A stretch of DNA of 64,000 nt, from NCBI GenBank assembly GCA_051362555.1, contig CM120644.1:16452534-16516533 (forward strand), written 5' to 3'. Within the stretch, counting starts at the first letter, position 1. Every line of letters begins with the position of its first letter. This stretch comes from Lingula anatina. Its lineage: Eukaryota; Animalia; Brachiopoda. Positions 26,098 to 39,142 of this stretch are shown here, piece by piece. The notes beneath the pieces were generated by a model. The model saw nothing but the letters and a program-made list of their open reading frames with translations. It was not told where the DNA came from and did not search any database. A program made the translations under genes and the position numbers.

Positions 26098-29042
26098 ACA
26101 GGCATTTTGTAAAGATAGAGAAAGCGTTCTTCGGCCGGGACAATCCTGAGACCTGCGTCCCAGTTGGGACGACGCAGGACGATCTGTGTGAGGCGACAGG
26201 AGTCGAGGAGGCCCTGAATGACAAGTACTGCAATGACGGAGGTCAGGAGTGCACCATTGTAGCCCAGAGAGACCAACTCTCGGGTGACGATTTCAGTGAC
26301 CGTTGTAGACTGAGCGACACAGACACCTACTATCTCCGCGCTCACTACAGATGCAAGGGTAAGTTGCCTTTTTTATATGAGGGGATTGAGTCCAGTTTCA
26401 GTTAATTTACAAAATAAGTCTGGCTGATAAACCCCAATTAAATCACTTTCATTTTTTTTTTTTTGTTTTGTCACTCTTGCGAACTCTCTCGTGATTTCTG
26501 GAGATTTTGTTTCATTAGCATAAATTTTCACATCAATAATTTTTCACTAAGTACAACTGTCACCTTTCTAACCAATATATACCACAATAGGTGTCATGAT
26601 TCCTACTCACCCTGTTCAGTTTTACAAGAAAAAGAGATGGAGAAATCTGAAACTCACATTGGGTTACATGTGAATGCAGGGGATTGATACAATAAGATAC
26701 TAACTTACGGTACTCAAAAATTATCGTTTGTTTTGTCTTCAACTCCTCACAATAACTTAAGCCGTTTTATTAAGTTAAATTTATATTCTTCAATATTTTT
26801 TTGTATCACTTGCAAAATTATGATTATTACAATTCATTCAGTTATCCCAAAAGAACCGGAACTCCCACAATGCACCAAAGAACACGAGGGCTACATCCCT
26901 GGTGGAAAACTGCTCAGACGCAACGGATCGAAGGAGGAGTGTAAGAAACTCTGTGAGTCTCTGGCAAGCTGTGCGGCCGCCGATTATTTCACATACGACC
27001 GTTCTTGCTATATGCACTGTGCTGAGAGAGCGTGCCAACCCCTCGTCACCAAGCCTGGCAGCTTTCATTTTAAGAGACTTGCTTGCAACGGTAGGTAACG
27101 AAATACATAATAGTAACATCTAACGTCAAAAGTAATTTAAACATGTTTTAAGCATTTAGATATCCGTTTACAAGACAGTCACATAAATGGCTCCTTTGGC
27201 GTTTAGAATGCATATAATTTCACTTGGAGTTGACCTCATTGGTAACACAGTACTTTTATTTATTATTTTACGTATTATTTCAACGAAAAACCATTGACGT
27301 TTTACCGGTATAAATTATAAAAGAGGTTATAAAATTGCTGCTTTTAAACTCTTGTGCTTTATCACACTTTCATTTTCTTTTCTTAACAAAATTGTTCAGA
27401 TACAATTCCGAATTCCTTTGAGTCTGCCTCTGTCGGTTCTCGTTCGTATGGAGGTGTAAAAGTCGCCAAGACGTGCCTGGATTCTTGCCTGAGAAATTGC
27501 CACAACGTGACCGAGTGTCTGGCCGCTGGTTATGACCTTAGCACCGGGGAATGCTGGTTCTACGCGTGAGTGTGTGAAATATGTAGTGACGCGTTCCCAG
27601 CTATCGTTCTACGAAGTTCGATCCAACTCCGTGGGGGATCTCGCTATATGCAAGCAGATTAACTGAATGGCTCACCCTTCAAGCAGCTACGGAGCTGATG
27701 AAATTTTGTGTGCGCTTGGCTTCTGGAAGGTTTTTCACTTCGGTTTGAGTGTGATTAAACGCACGAGAAAGTAAATCACCCCTAGCTGCTCAAGGACACA
27801 TGTCATTCATTTAATCGGTTGCATTCATCGAGAGTCCCCGTCCCCGCAGAGTAAGATCGACCTTCGTAGATCGATAATTACATTGGGGACGCGCCCATCT
27901 ATTTGCATTTTCTCCAGATCGACTTTGCTGAAATAATACACATCTGCGTTATCAATCATATATGTGCAACAGGTGCGGAAACTCGATTGCCTTTAGAATT
28001 TGACATTGTGTTTTAGGGTCGGTAAAGACTCATGTGTCGTTTTTTTTTTTTCAGAAACAACGTCTTTCAATCTTATAAACGTAAAATGTACGAGTACTTA
28101 GAGCTTGGATGCTTAGAATTCTTCTTATAAGATTCCATTCTTTTCTCAATGTTGATTTTAAAGATAACGACGATAGAGAAAGATAGTTCTAATCAAAGGC
28201 GTCTTTGCTAAAACAAAAAACCCGATCGGAAGTTTAAAAATCTTCTTATGCAGTTTTGGTCATCTCTTTGCAGAAAACCATTCGAAGCCTGTGGCGCTAC
28301 CTATGCTTCTTCCCACTGGGCATTTTACAAAAAGAAAGACTGTCCCCGTATAACCTATCACCCATGGAGGTCCAGTCATCGGTACCCCTGGACCAAAAGG
28401 CCCTGGAAACAGGCTACAGCCACTACCCCCGTACCTACCTCTACCTATTCAAGTGCCGGGACGATTTCGGCGTCGACCACCGAATCGACAACTGAGTCGA
28501 CTACCGAGCCGACTACAACCGAGCCTAGGCCGACCTACAGCACTGATCAGCTAGGTATGGGGGGTGGTTGTATCTGAGGGTGAAATTTATTTCGCTGACT
28601 TCGGTCGGCCTTTCTAGATCCTCGACTGGTTATCGACGCAGGAATGAGAAGCGCTGTCTTTTATCTCAAAGTCTTTGGTCGTTCCAGTCGAGCATTTTTC
28701 TGGACATCAACGTACATTTAAAATTTTAAAAACTTTCTGTTGTGTTCTGGTCAAAGTAATACAGCGTATTTGGAGGGCGAGCTAAATTTAATTCTTGTGT
28801 CAGATTTTCTGTCTCTTTGCCACTCAGTTACAGGGAGTAAACGTACAACTCGACACTGGAAATTGCAGTAAACCTTATCTCTGAAGCTGAAACCCATTTC
28901 TTATTTGCTGAACAGTATTAATCAAATGACAAACGATACCTTTCCATATTGTAACATGTCTGCTAGTATTCTTAATGTGCTCTCTTCATTTTCAGAAAAA
29001 ATTGTGAAGAAAATACTGCTGAAGATTCTGTATGACTGGTAG
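21982..29042 (+). CDS. Secreted SUEL (rhamnose/galactose-binding)-type lectin domain + two PAN/apple domains + Thr-rich mucin-like region, ~415 aa
   Basis: Eight phase-consistent GT-AG exons: 21982-22030, 24632-24763, 25490-25556, 26102-26358, 26842-27090, 27400-27565, 28274-28554, 28996-29042 (1248 nt). Signal peptide MVFQWTVGLLLFLVTLGAVKS. SUEL pattern ICEDHQETLRCPEG-HFVKIEKAFFGR...C...C...DRC...YYLRAHYRC. PAN patterns CKKLCESLASCAAADY...CYM and CLRNCHNVTECLAAGY...CWF. Confidence 0.85.
23818..24038. mobile_element. MITE in lectin intron 1
   Basis: TIR GGCCCCTGTTTCACAAAA / TTTTGTGAAACTGGGGCC. Confidence 0.65.
27588..27895. mobile_element. MITE in lectin intron 6
   Basis: Imperfect inverted termini GACGCGTTCCCAG...ATCGTTCTACGAAG / CTTCGTAGATCGAT...TGGGGACGCGCC. 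Confidence 0.55.
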
Positions 29043-29711
29043 TGTTTTGAACGCCTGCAGTCCATCGCCATCAATTTGAACAATGGAGCACTACATGTCT
29101 CTCAAAGTGTTTCCCGTCATTGCATTATGACAATGGCAAGTGACACAACGAAATCGCTTTTTCATCAGGTTTTAATATTTGTTAAGTACACGTATTTTTT
29201 CGCACTAAATAAGCAAACTTCATAACTAATACCGGTACCATAATTAATGCAAATTGGTTTTGAGTATACTTTCAAGAGTGAAAAATCTCGACAGTTAAAA
29301 TATCCATGAAACCGTACTCAAATGCCCTTGTACCTAGCAGCTGTTTTTAAATGGCGCATTTAGTTTGGAAGTAGGCTACATTACAGTTAACACTTACTAA
29401 ATACTACACAATGTTGCCGCCTGTATAATGATCGGCAAATTGGGAATACAACTCCGAAAGAAAAGAAGAGCATATAGCTACACATGTATGAGTACGGCCA
29501 ACGGATGTGAATATTTTATGCGCAAAACCAGTCCCTCAATAAAACATAAGTGCAAAGTATGTCGTATACGAACGAATGCAAGGCTACCGAGCAAGTGTAT
29601 ATTTCAAGCACTCAAGCAACTTATTAGTAAGGACGCACGCTGCAGGCTACTGAAATAAAACGTTAAAATTACTCTCTTTGTTGTTTTTTATTATTTTTTA
29701 TTAATGACACC

Positions 29712-32700
29712 TAGTAGGCTTGTTAAGAGGTCAAACGCTGCATTTTATAGTACAAATGTCTAACTTGGCATAAATGTTCCTTGGGCCAAAAGAAAATTTT
29801 TTATCCAAAGAGACGCCCTCTATCGATACATTAATTAGCATAAATTATGCAAATTAGGTGCCAAAATATATAATATTTCATATTTCCATTAATTTTTGGC
29901 CTAGAAACATGTATAGATTATCAAACCTGACTAAATTAGGGACAAGGAACCCATTTTTGATCATTTGGAAGCAATTGGTGGCCATTTTGTGCCTCAAATC
30001 CAAGATGGCCGCCACCCGCCATTTTGAAAGTGGACATAATTTTGCTATTTTATGTTGAATTTTGAAGCGTTTGGTCTATATATATTTGATATAAATATCG
30101 ATTCCTACTATTTTGGGGCTGAAAAAGTCATTTTTGATATTGTTTTGGTGATAGTAGGTGATTTGAATGGACAAAGAGGGTGTTTTAAGTGCCTACCACA
30201 TATGTGTGAATGCTGCAAAACCATGGATATTGATAACCCGTATTCAAATATATCTCAATGCAATTTTTTGTTATATATACCATTGCTATTGGACTATATT
30301 ATGAGCAAAAAAAACCCACATTTTTACCATTATGGAGGCCATTGGTGGCCGTTTTATCCCTCAAATCCAAGATGGCCGCCAAAACCATTTTGAACATGAG
30401 CATAATTCGCTATTTTGAAACTACATGTACTACATCTTTGTAAATGAGTAATACGTCGTTTTATATTATTTTCTGGTGCAGAATACATTATTTGTTTCTT
30501 AAAATGTGTGCCTCAAATCCAAGATGGCCCTAATACGCCATTTTCAATTTAAACATTATTCACCATTTTGAAACTATTACACCTTCTTAAGCGTGCCATA
30601 CGTCATTTTTTATTATTTCCTGGAGCAGAATGCATTTTCGGTTTCATAAAATGTAAATAGAAACTTTTATAAGCCTCCAAATAAATATAGGATTCAGTTG
30701 CTACATGGGCCTGCAGTTTATATGTACAATGAGTAATCCAATTAGTACAAAAATGCTTTTGCCGATCTATAAAACAAGTGTCAGCAAACAAAATGGCTGA
30801 ATTAAAGCAAAAGAATACATCTTTGACCGCATGAGGAAAATTTTTAGCCATTATTTTGATCAAAACCAAGTGATGGTTGCATGCCGCTATTTTAATAATT
30901 TGGTGTTATTTATAATCTTTGAACTGTGGGACCCTCATTCGCTTGTATTAGGTAAAATGGCACTATTCTTGGGGCTCAAAAGTAATTTTCCAGTGCTAAT
31001 TTGGTGACAGAAGATAATAAAAAGGTAATATAAGGTTGTAAAATAAATTCCAAGATGAGTTTCGTTGAGTCTGTTACAAAAATGTGGAACCCAAACCACA
31101 TGCTCAAATATATCATCTAGATTTATCTTAAGTGACCATCCACTAAAATATACTGAATACTCAAAGGAAAGCAATAAATATATATACATAGTGGTATTAT
31201 ATTAGTAATCTTTTACTGGTCAATGTTAACCAAAAAGCCACATGCACATTTATGTCCCAGTCACTGGGGCTTGCATTCGCATGTTAAATATAGCCCAGAA
31301 GATTTGAAGGGTGAAAAATGTGTCGTCTTATAATACTATGGAACTTGGTTAGTTGTGTTGATGCGTAAATGTCCGTGAAAGACAAGCAAATGGACTTTGC
31401 TTTGAAATAGCTCTAGATCTTGTCTGCAAAATCATCCAGCAGCACAGCAAAAAGAAACATGCATGATCAGGTCTGGTAGGCCAATAAGACAACAGCTAGT
31501 AAGAATTGAGGTTTTGTCAGTGTCCTATGAGAAACAGCCAAACAATATAATAGAATCCAGTTTCCAGAGAAACATTAATGCATGAGAACATGTCGCATCA
31601 GAGGAAAGTGGTATCTTTACACAAAAGAATGAATCTGCAAAACCAACTAGAAAGCAGCAGCTGCGCAGGAAGGTAAGAGGGATAAAGCAAAGAAGTCGAG
31701 GAATCAGCCTCTTTTCCTAGTTGACAGTGCCAGTGATCATTCCTAGCATGATTTGGCCAGACAAGTCATCTCACTACCAATAGAAATCCATAAGGCGACT
31801 ACATAGTTCTCATTGTTTCCAATGGACGAACAAGCACAAAACATCTACAGTATATGACAACTACAGGAATATTTATCTTGGAATCATCTTAAAACACCTT
31901 ATGCCTTTTTTATTATCCTCTGTCACCAGAGTAACACCAGAAATTATTATGTACTTCCAAAATAGTAATAATTGATGTATTACGATCATATGTAAGTCCA
32001 ACAGCTCAAAAAAGATAAATTATGCCATAATTTTAAAATAGAGACAGGCTCTTGGATATGAACAACAGAATAGCTAACAGTAGTCTCCATTAAGTTGAAT
32101 CCACCATGCTGGTCTCTTGCACTTAATCTGTGTCTGGCAAAACCATTTTAAAATTGTTATATAACATATTTTTGCACAAATTTGACTTCAAGACGTATAC
32201 AAGCGAAGGTGAAGACGTAAGCCTGTATTGGTGTTGGAGCCTTTTAATATTTTCTTTTTGTATTATATCTCAGAAGAGATAAGACACATGACTTCTACAA
32301 CCCAAATGATAAGAAACGATGTATAACATGCTCGTGTAAGAGCAATAGCTTCAAATTGATGAGTTATGCCTTATCCCTATTTCAAAATTGTGACTGGCGG
32401 CCATTTTGGATTTGAGGATCAAAATGGCTTCCAATTGTCTCCAAAGCACCAAGTATGTGTTCTTTACCTTTAATTAAGCCATTTTGGTCTCTTACACTTG
32501 TTTCAAGCTCTTTATGATTTTATAAAACATTTTGTACTAATTAGACTACATGGCACATGTAAGTCTATTTGACGACTTGAGCCTACATGCATATTCGTTT
32601 TGGAGAATAAAATAGTTTGTACTCACATTTTATGAAACAGATAATGTATTCTGCACCAGAAAATAATATAAAACGACGTATTACTCATTTACAAAGATGT

Positions 32701-33428
32701 AATACATGTAGTTTCAAAATAGCGAATTATGCTCAAGTTCAAAATGGTTTTTGGCGGCCATCTTGGATTTGAGGGATAAAACGGCCACCAATAGCCTCCA
32801 TAATGATAAAAATTTGTTTTTTTTTGCTCATAATATAGTCCAGTAGCGATGATATATAACAAAAAATCGCATTGAGAAATATTTGAATACGGGTTATCAA
32901 TATCCATGGTTTTGCAGCATTCACACATATGTGGTAGGCACTTAAAACACCCTCTTTGTCCATTCAAATCACCTACTATCACCAAAACAATATCAAAAAT
33001 GACTTTTTCAGCCCCAAAATAGTAGGAATCGATATTTATATCAAATATATATAGACCAAACGCTTCAAAATTCAACATAAAATAGCAAAATTATGTCCAC
33101 TTTCAAAATGGCGGGTGGCGGCCATCTTGGATTTGAGGCACAAAATGGCCACCAATTGCTTCCAAATGATCAAAAATGGGTTCCTTGTCCCTAATTTAGT
33201 CAGGTTTGATAATCTATACATGTTTCTAGGCCAAAAATTAATGGAAATATGAAATATTATATATTTTGGCACCTAATTTGCATAATTTATGCTAATTAAT
33301 GTATCGATAGAGGGCGTCTCTTTGGATAAAAAATTTTCTTTTGGCCCAAGGAACATTTATGCGAAGTTAGACATTTGTACTACAAAATGCAGCGTATGGC
33401 CATTTTTTGGTCCTTAACAAGCCTACTA
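29712..33428. mobile_element. Non-autonomous Academ-like DNA transposon with ~800-bp TIRs
   Basis: Termini TAGTAGGCTTGTTAAG / CTTAACAAGCCTACTA and ACC duplicated on both flanks (29709-29711, 33429-33431). 29712-~30500 is a near-perfect reverse complement of ~32625-33428, which explains the mirrored ORFs 29858+/33272- and 30052+/33078-. TAG termini, long TIRs and a 3-bp TSD fit Academ; no intact transposase. Confidence 0.85.
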
Positions 33429-34046
33429 ACCGGTTTGCCACAGAATTTTGTTATCTCTTAAACTTAATATGAATTCCTGGTGTATGTCGTATTTTTACGT
33501 CACTACTAAATGATGCAGTGAAAAGCCTAACACATTTTGATATAAGTTGAAGTTTTTACAAACACAATGCGACTTGCGCACCCATTCTAAAATACGCACG
33601 CAACTACGCATTTCTTACGCCGCCAGTATGCAAGCAATGTCTATTTCACCACCATTAAATTTTCAACGTGAACGATGAACACGTACGTGTGCGCCATCAC
33701 CGTATTTGTGACTTGGTAGCATCGTGTGCGCACAACGCGCATACACAGACACGCACATTTGAAAAAAAAAAAAAACTTATACACCTGCTTGTGTGTGCCT
33801 CGGGTAAAGAAACTGAGTACTCATCACAGGTATTAATTTTCCCAGTCTCGGATAAGATAACGGTTATGTATTTTGGGTGTGTAGAGCACTTATACAGTTC
33901 TATGTGAATTTCACTTGTGACGTTAACAACAGAAATTTAGTACTCATGTCCCGGTTTATGCATGCAGATAGGTTATTTTCTTAACAGTGTTGTGTAGGAT
34001 ACAGAAGTGGTCTCTAAGGGAATTTTCCAGAAAAGTTAATCTTACT

Positions 34047-34078
<32 letters not shown>

Positions 34079-34199
34079 CGCGCGTTGTTCCCCTGAGATA
34101 AAAAAACCCTTTTTTTTCTTTTTAGCATGTACACGCGTCTTTACCTAATCTTATAGGTCCACCCTTTCTTCAAACTCTGACCACAAGGTCTACTGGGTA

Positions 34200-36060
34200 T
34201 AGTCCAGTGGCTTAAGGAAAAAATCGTGACACGGAGGATAAAAGCACCAAATTTGGCATGTAGTTACCTTTTGACATTCTAAATCAAATTAGAGCCGTAG
34301 CCCTCTTAAACAATTTACCGTTTGGTCAAAAAATCCAAAATGGCCGCCAATTTATGGAATTCTTTAGAAATATGTACATACCCATGTTTATTTTTATCAA
34401 ATAAATTATTTTCTCAGAGTTTTCCACACCCTAATTACCCATTTTATTCATATATGTCAGATAGCAAACAAGTTTCCCACGACTTTTTGAAAAAATCCAA
34501 GATGGCTGTCATATGCCATAGAAACAGCTATAGGAATATAGTGCACAACTAATACCAGCTAGAAAGATAAGTTGTCCACTATTAAATTAAGTCTGTTTCT
34601 CAGATTTTTGTTACCCACATAATATGTTTGTGGTGAGTAACTACGAAGTGTTCTTGGGCATTTTGGAAAATCCAAGATGGCTGCCATGTGCCACAGGAAT
34701 TCCAGTATATGGGGGATTCAACTAATGGCAACTGGAAAGATTAATTTTCCACTATCAAATTAAGTTTGTTTCAGAGTGTTTTCCACATCCTTTCCACCCA
34801 CACAATATGTATGTGGTGAGTTACTAATATGTATTCTTGGGCATTTTTAGAAAATCCAAGATGGCCGATATATGTCATAGGAATTCTTCTAGTATTACAA
34901 AGGGTTAGAACTAATGCCAGCTAGGAAAAACATAATTCACTATCAAATTCAGTTTATTTTTTCAGTGTTTTACACATTATTATTACACTGTGATACATAT
35001 CGAGCAGGTAATAAATGTGCATATTTGATCATTTTGAGAAAATCCAAGATGGCCGTCATTGGCCATAGGAATACTACTGGAATTACAACTGCACATCCAT
35101 GGCTTTTCATCTACTACCGGGGTGAAATTGTGTTGCTTATCAAGTTTTGCCCATCCTTATATTAGTCCTATGATATATATCTGGTGGGTAAATAGTGTGC
35201 ATCCTTGGATATTCAATTGCTGCAAGTGGTTCATTATACAATTACATTACCATGGGTTTGTTTTAAAAATTATTTACGTTTTTCTTTCCATTTATTATTA
35301 CCCCTATGATGTAAACCTCGTCTGTAGTATGTGTGTATCTTTTGGTATTCTTAAAAAATTCAAGATATCTGCCTTTTGTCATTAGAATATTCTTACACAT
35401 AATCAAATGATGCCAGAGATACAATGAGTACAATTTAAATATAGTTAACTTTAGATTGCTTTTAAACATTTTCCCTTTCATATCCTATTTATCCTTATGA
35501 AAGACTCTGTGTGTGTAGAAAGTGTATGTATCCTTGAGTACTATTCGGAGAAAACCCAAGATAGCTGCCAGTTGCGATAGGAATATATAATTCAAATGCA
35601 CATAGGTGTCAATTAATAGAACAGTTCACACATTGATTCCAACATGAAATAAGGCTGTTTGATGTTCAAACACGTTGACATCCTTATTAAGCTTACTCTT
35701 TATAAATCTGGTGTGTAGCAAGTGTGCATCTTGCGTATTTGAGAAAATTTAAGATTGCTGCAATTCACAATAGGAATAGTACAGTCAACTAGTGCCAGAG
35801 AGACATTGGGTTCAATATAAAATGAATTTTGTTTCTCGGTATTTCCCACATTCTTTTTGGACTTTGAGATATCTATCGGGTGGGTAACAAGTGTGTACCC
35901 TTAGGTATTTTGAGAAAATATCATAATGACCCTGATTTGCCTTAGAAGTACCTATAAAATCCAATGCACCAGTTTTCCTATGGGGAAAAGAAGGCCATCT
36001 TGGATTTCTCCAAAATGATCAAATATGGACATTAATTACCTAACAGATATGTATCATGGG

Positions 36061-36105
<45 letters not shown>

Positions 36106-36869
36106 GAAAAACAACTGAATTTAGCTTCATTTATATGGAAGCCTATCTCTCGCAGGTATTTACTTAACCCCACCTTCTATACTAATGGCAGCCATTTTGT
36201 TTTGTTTCAAAAAGGATACACATAACATTCTCACCACATATATATTACAGTATGTGGATTAAAAAGATGTGGAAAATACTCAGAAACAAACCTAATTTAT
36301 CAATTAATATTAAATCTCCATGGCAGAAGAAGCCCTATGTGTATACTATAGTGTTCCTTTGATATGGCGCCCATCTTGGATTTTTCTCGAAATGCCTGAG
36401 AATAAAGGTTAGTTACTCACCAAAAATATATTATTTCTGTAATAAGTCACTCAGAAACAAAATTAATTAGATAGTGGGCAATGCATCTTCCTAGTTGGCA
36501 TTAGTTGAAAACCCTTGTACATGTTCTAGTATCCCTACGCCATACGGCGGCCATCTTGGATTTTCAAAAAGTCCAAGGACACTCGTTTGTTATCTGACAT
36601 ATATGCATAATATGGGTAATAAGGATGTGGAAAACATTGAGAAAATACTTTATTTGATAAAAATCAACATAGGTATGCATATATTTCTACAGAATTTCAC
36701 AAATTGGCGGCCATTTTGGATTTTTTGGCCAAATGGTAACTTTTTCCGTGGGCTACGGCTCTAATTTGATTTAGTATGTCAAAAGGTACCCACATGCAAA
36801 ATTTGGTGCTTTTATCCGCCGTGTCACGATTTGGCCATTTTTTTTTTTTTGCCTTAAGCAACCGGACTA
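34200..36869. mobile_element. Second non-autonomous Academ-like element
   Basis: Termini TAGTCCAGTGGCTTAAGG / CCTTAAGCAACCGGACTA, GTA TSD (34197-34199, 36870-36872), several hundred bp of inverted similarity and internal repeats anchored on AAATCCAAGATGGC. Confidence 0.85.
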
Positions 36870-36989
36870 GTAGCTGTTACAAAATTATTGAATTAATTAT
36901 ACTTAAATTGTGTATACTATTTACAGGCCCCTATCATCAGAGGGGACACCGTTGTAACATGTTTCCATCTTACAGTCCATGGGTAGTAC

Positions 36990-38515
36990 TTACAGCAATT
37001 GTAAATTAAGTGTGTATTTTTCCGGTGCAATCTCACGTGATTTCTCTACTTCAGTCTGCCCAGTGGTAATAGCCCAGTCTAACCTATAGATTTGCCGAAT
37101 CGGATCCATTTCTTCTTCGTGTACTTCTCCGAACATTCTCCCCGTTGTCAAGCAATTGGTGCACGTCGATCTCTCCCTGCGCGGAAAGCTGATCTTTCTG
37201 TCATCCGTCAGCAAGCGAAGAATGTTATCAGCGTCGGTGTTCAACGTGTTCATGTATGCAGTGGCGTCGTAGTCTATGTAACAAGGGTGGCACTGCCTCG
37301 AGAAAGGAATCCAATGTTTATCCATGTGGTCGGGGTGTTCCCCGACGTACCGTATGAAATCTCGAAAAGTGACATTGGATCTGTGTCCCCTTTGCCATAA
37401 GTCATTCCCTGTCGCCGTTTTCTTTTTCAAATATTTATAGAGCTCTCCGTCGTCGCCGGGAACATCGGTCGGGTAAATTGGTGGCAGGTGTTTATAGTGC
37501 TCTCTCACGTAATTTCCGACTAGTGACAGTGCCCGTGGTTTATTGGGAGACCAGTACTCAATTTTACTCCTGTACGCCGATACCAGTTGTTCCGCAGGAT
37601 GCCGAGCGACGAAGAATTTGAAATAAGTTTTCAGTCGATGGTTAATCTCCTCTTGGGAGTACGTACTCAGAAGCCGCAGATGTTTAGGAAATTCTACGCT
37701 ATGTAAGCGGATTGATGCCGATTTTGATTTGACAAGCTTCACACCAAGGGCTGCTAGAATACTCTTTTTCCAGTTTGAGCTCGCCGCTTTCGGTCTTTCG
37801 CAATAGATCATTTTCAAGTCGTCGCTAACCCAGAGGTACCGTAACTCGTCCATAGATGGCGGGTTGTCGCGTGACCTTGCCCCTTGACCATATTTCTGAC
37901 ACGCCCACTTTGATCGTTGCCTTCTGAATGCCATCTGCTTTATCCATTCATCGGCAATGGGGTTAAGACGTTTAATAAGTGACTGTAAAATAAAAGCAGC
38001 AAATGATTTTATTTTAATGGCTGTTGGAATAAATGTACTGTCTGTGCTCGGAAGAGGTCAGAACTTAAGACATAATATATTATATATTATGTATTTACAT
38101 GTCTAATTACTTTGGGACTTCCTAGGGGTAAAAATCAGATTTTATACCATATAAGAGTAAAAATTAATAATTATACAATTTAACGTAAGCCATTTTCATA
38201 AAAAGTATGCTTGGCCACTGTATCAAAATGAATTCAGTTCCCACCTTTTTGTATTTTTGCAGTGACAGCCTGTCTGTTGATGCATCTGAAAATGTTTTAA
38301 CACCGTTGAATGTGGGAAGTTATAAAAGTGGAAGGGTTAGATAAACAAGACTTGTAAAATCTTTTTTCCCCTTAAATACCCTTTAAAATTCAATACAGTG
38401 TAGTTGGTATGGTGCCTGTAACATGAAACAGAAAAATACTTAAAAAACGACTTAAGGATTTTAAGGACTCCTCTCTGTCTTTCTCTCTATTTCTCTTACA
38501 CACACACACACTCAG

Positions 38516-38557
<42 letters not shown>

Positions 38558-39142
38558 GCACACCCACACAAACACACACTATTTCATTAACATGTAGCTA
38601 TCCTACTCAACATCAAATATAATGAAACACTGAGCGAATGTCAAGATATTTTATAATATTTGTACTGATCATGCTACATTAAAAGTAAACCTTTTTAACA
38701 TTCTCATAAGCTTGCCCCAGTATAAGACGAACGTTGAAATTGGTGGCGAATAGATCAACCGCCAGACAGAAATCGATGAAGACGTGTGCTACCAGGGATT
38801 AAACAATGAAACCGTCTCTGTATAACCTTTTCAACGCTCTCGTGTGTTCAAATACTTTTGATTTTAATGTGATTATTCAGGATTTCTGATTTTTATTACT
38901 TAAAATAAATAACAACAAATACCTATACAGCGATGGCGATGTGCAAACTTGAATCTTGCGTGATTTTAAGATCGCCAAATCTTAACATGTACAGGTAGGC
39001 CTATATACAGTGCTTATAAACGCCTTAACAATAATAACTTACCGAATTTATTATAGGCCAATTTTCCCATTACCATCACTAGAAAGCCAATCGCTGCACA
39101 AAGTTGAATGAATGTCGTGTAAGATAATCGTACACCGTACAT
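36990..39142 (-). CDS. Golgi type II membrane carbohydrate sulfotransferase (Sulfotransfer_2, HNK-1ST/CHST8-14 family)
   Basis: Main exon 37982-36990 has 5'-PSB CERPKAASSNWK, 3'-PB FFVARHPAEQLVSAY, DKHWIP...CHPCYIDYD and IYRLDW. Signal-anchor exon 39142-39043 (MYGVRLSYTTFIQLCAAIGFLVMVMGKLAYNKF, GTAAGT donor). A 41-nt phase 1-to-0 bridging exon lies at 38285-38245. The 5' exon model is less certain than the catalytic exon. Confidence 0.85.

Noticed and set aside
31330-31900. Possible transposase remnant inside the first Academ-like element
   Set aside because: Composition looks coding-derived, but no continuous frame or diagnostic motif could be read.
29858-33272. Identical ORF pairs on opposite strands (29858+/33272-, 30052+/33078-)
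   Set aside because: By-products of the transposon's long terminal inverted repeats; no protein-like features.
34320-36720. Semi-regular AAATCCAAGATGGC repeats resembling a CRISPR-like array
   Set aside because: Repeats are short, spacing is long and irregular, the spacers are related to each other, orientation flips at the element centre, and the context is eukaryotic with no cas genes. These are transposon subterminal repeats.
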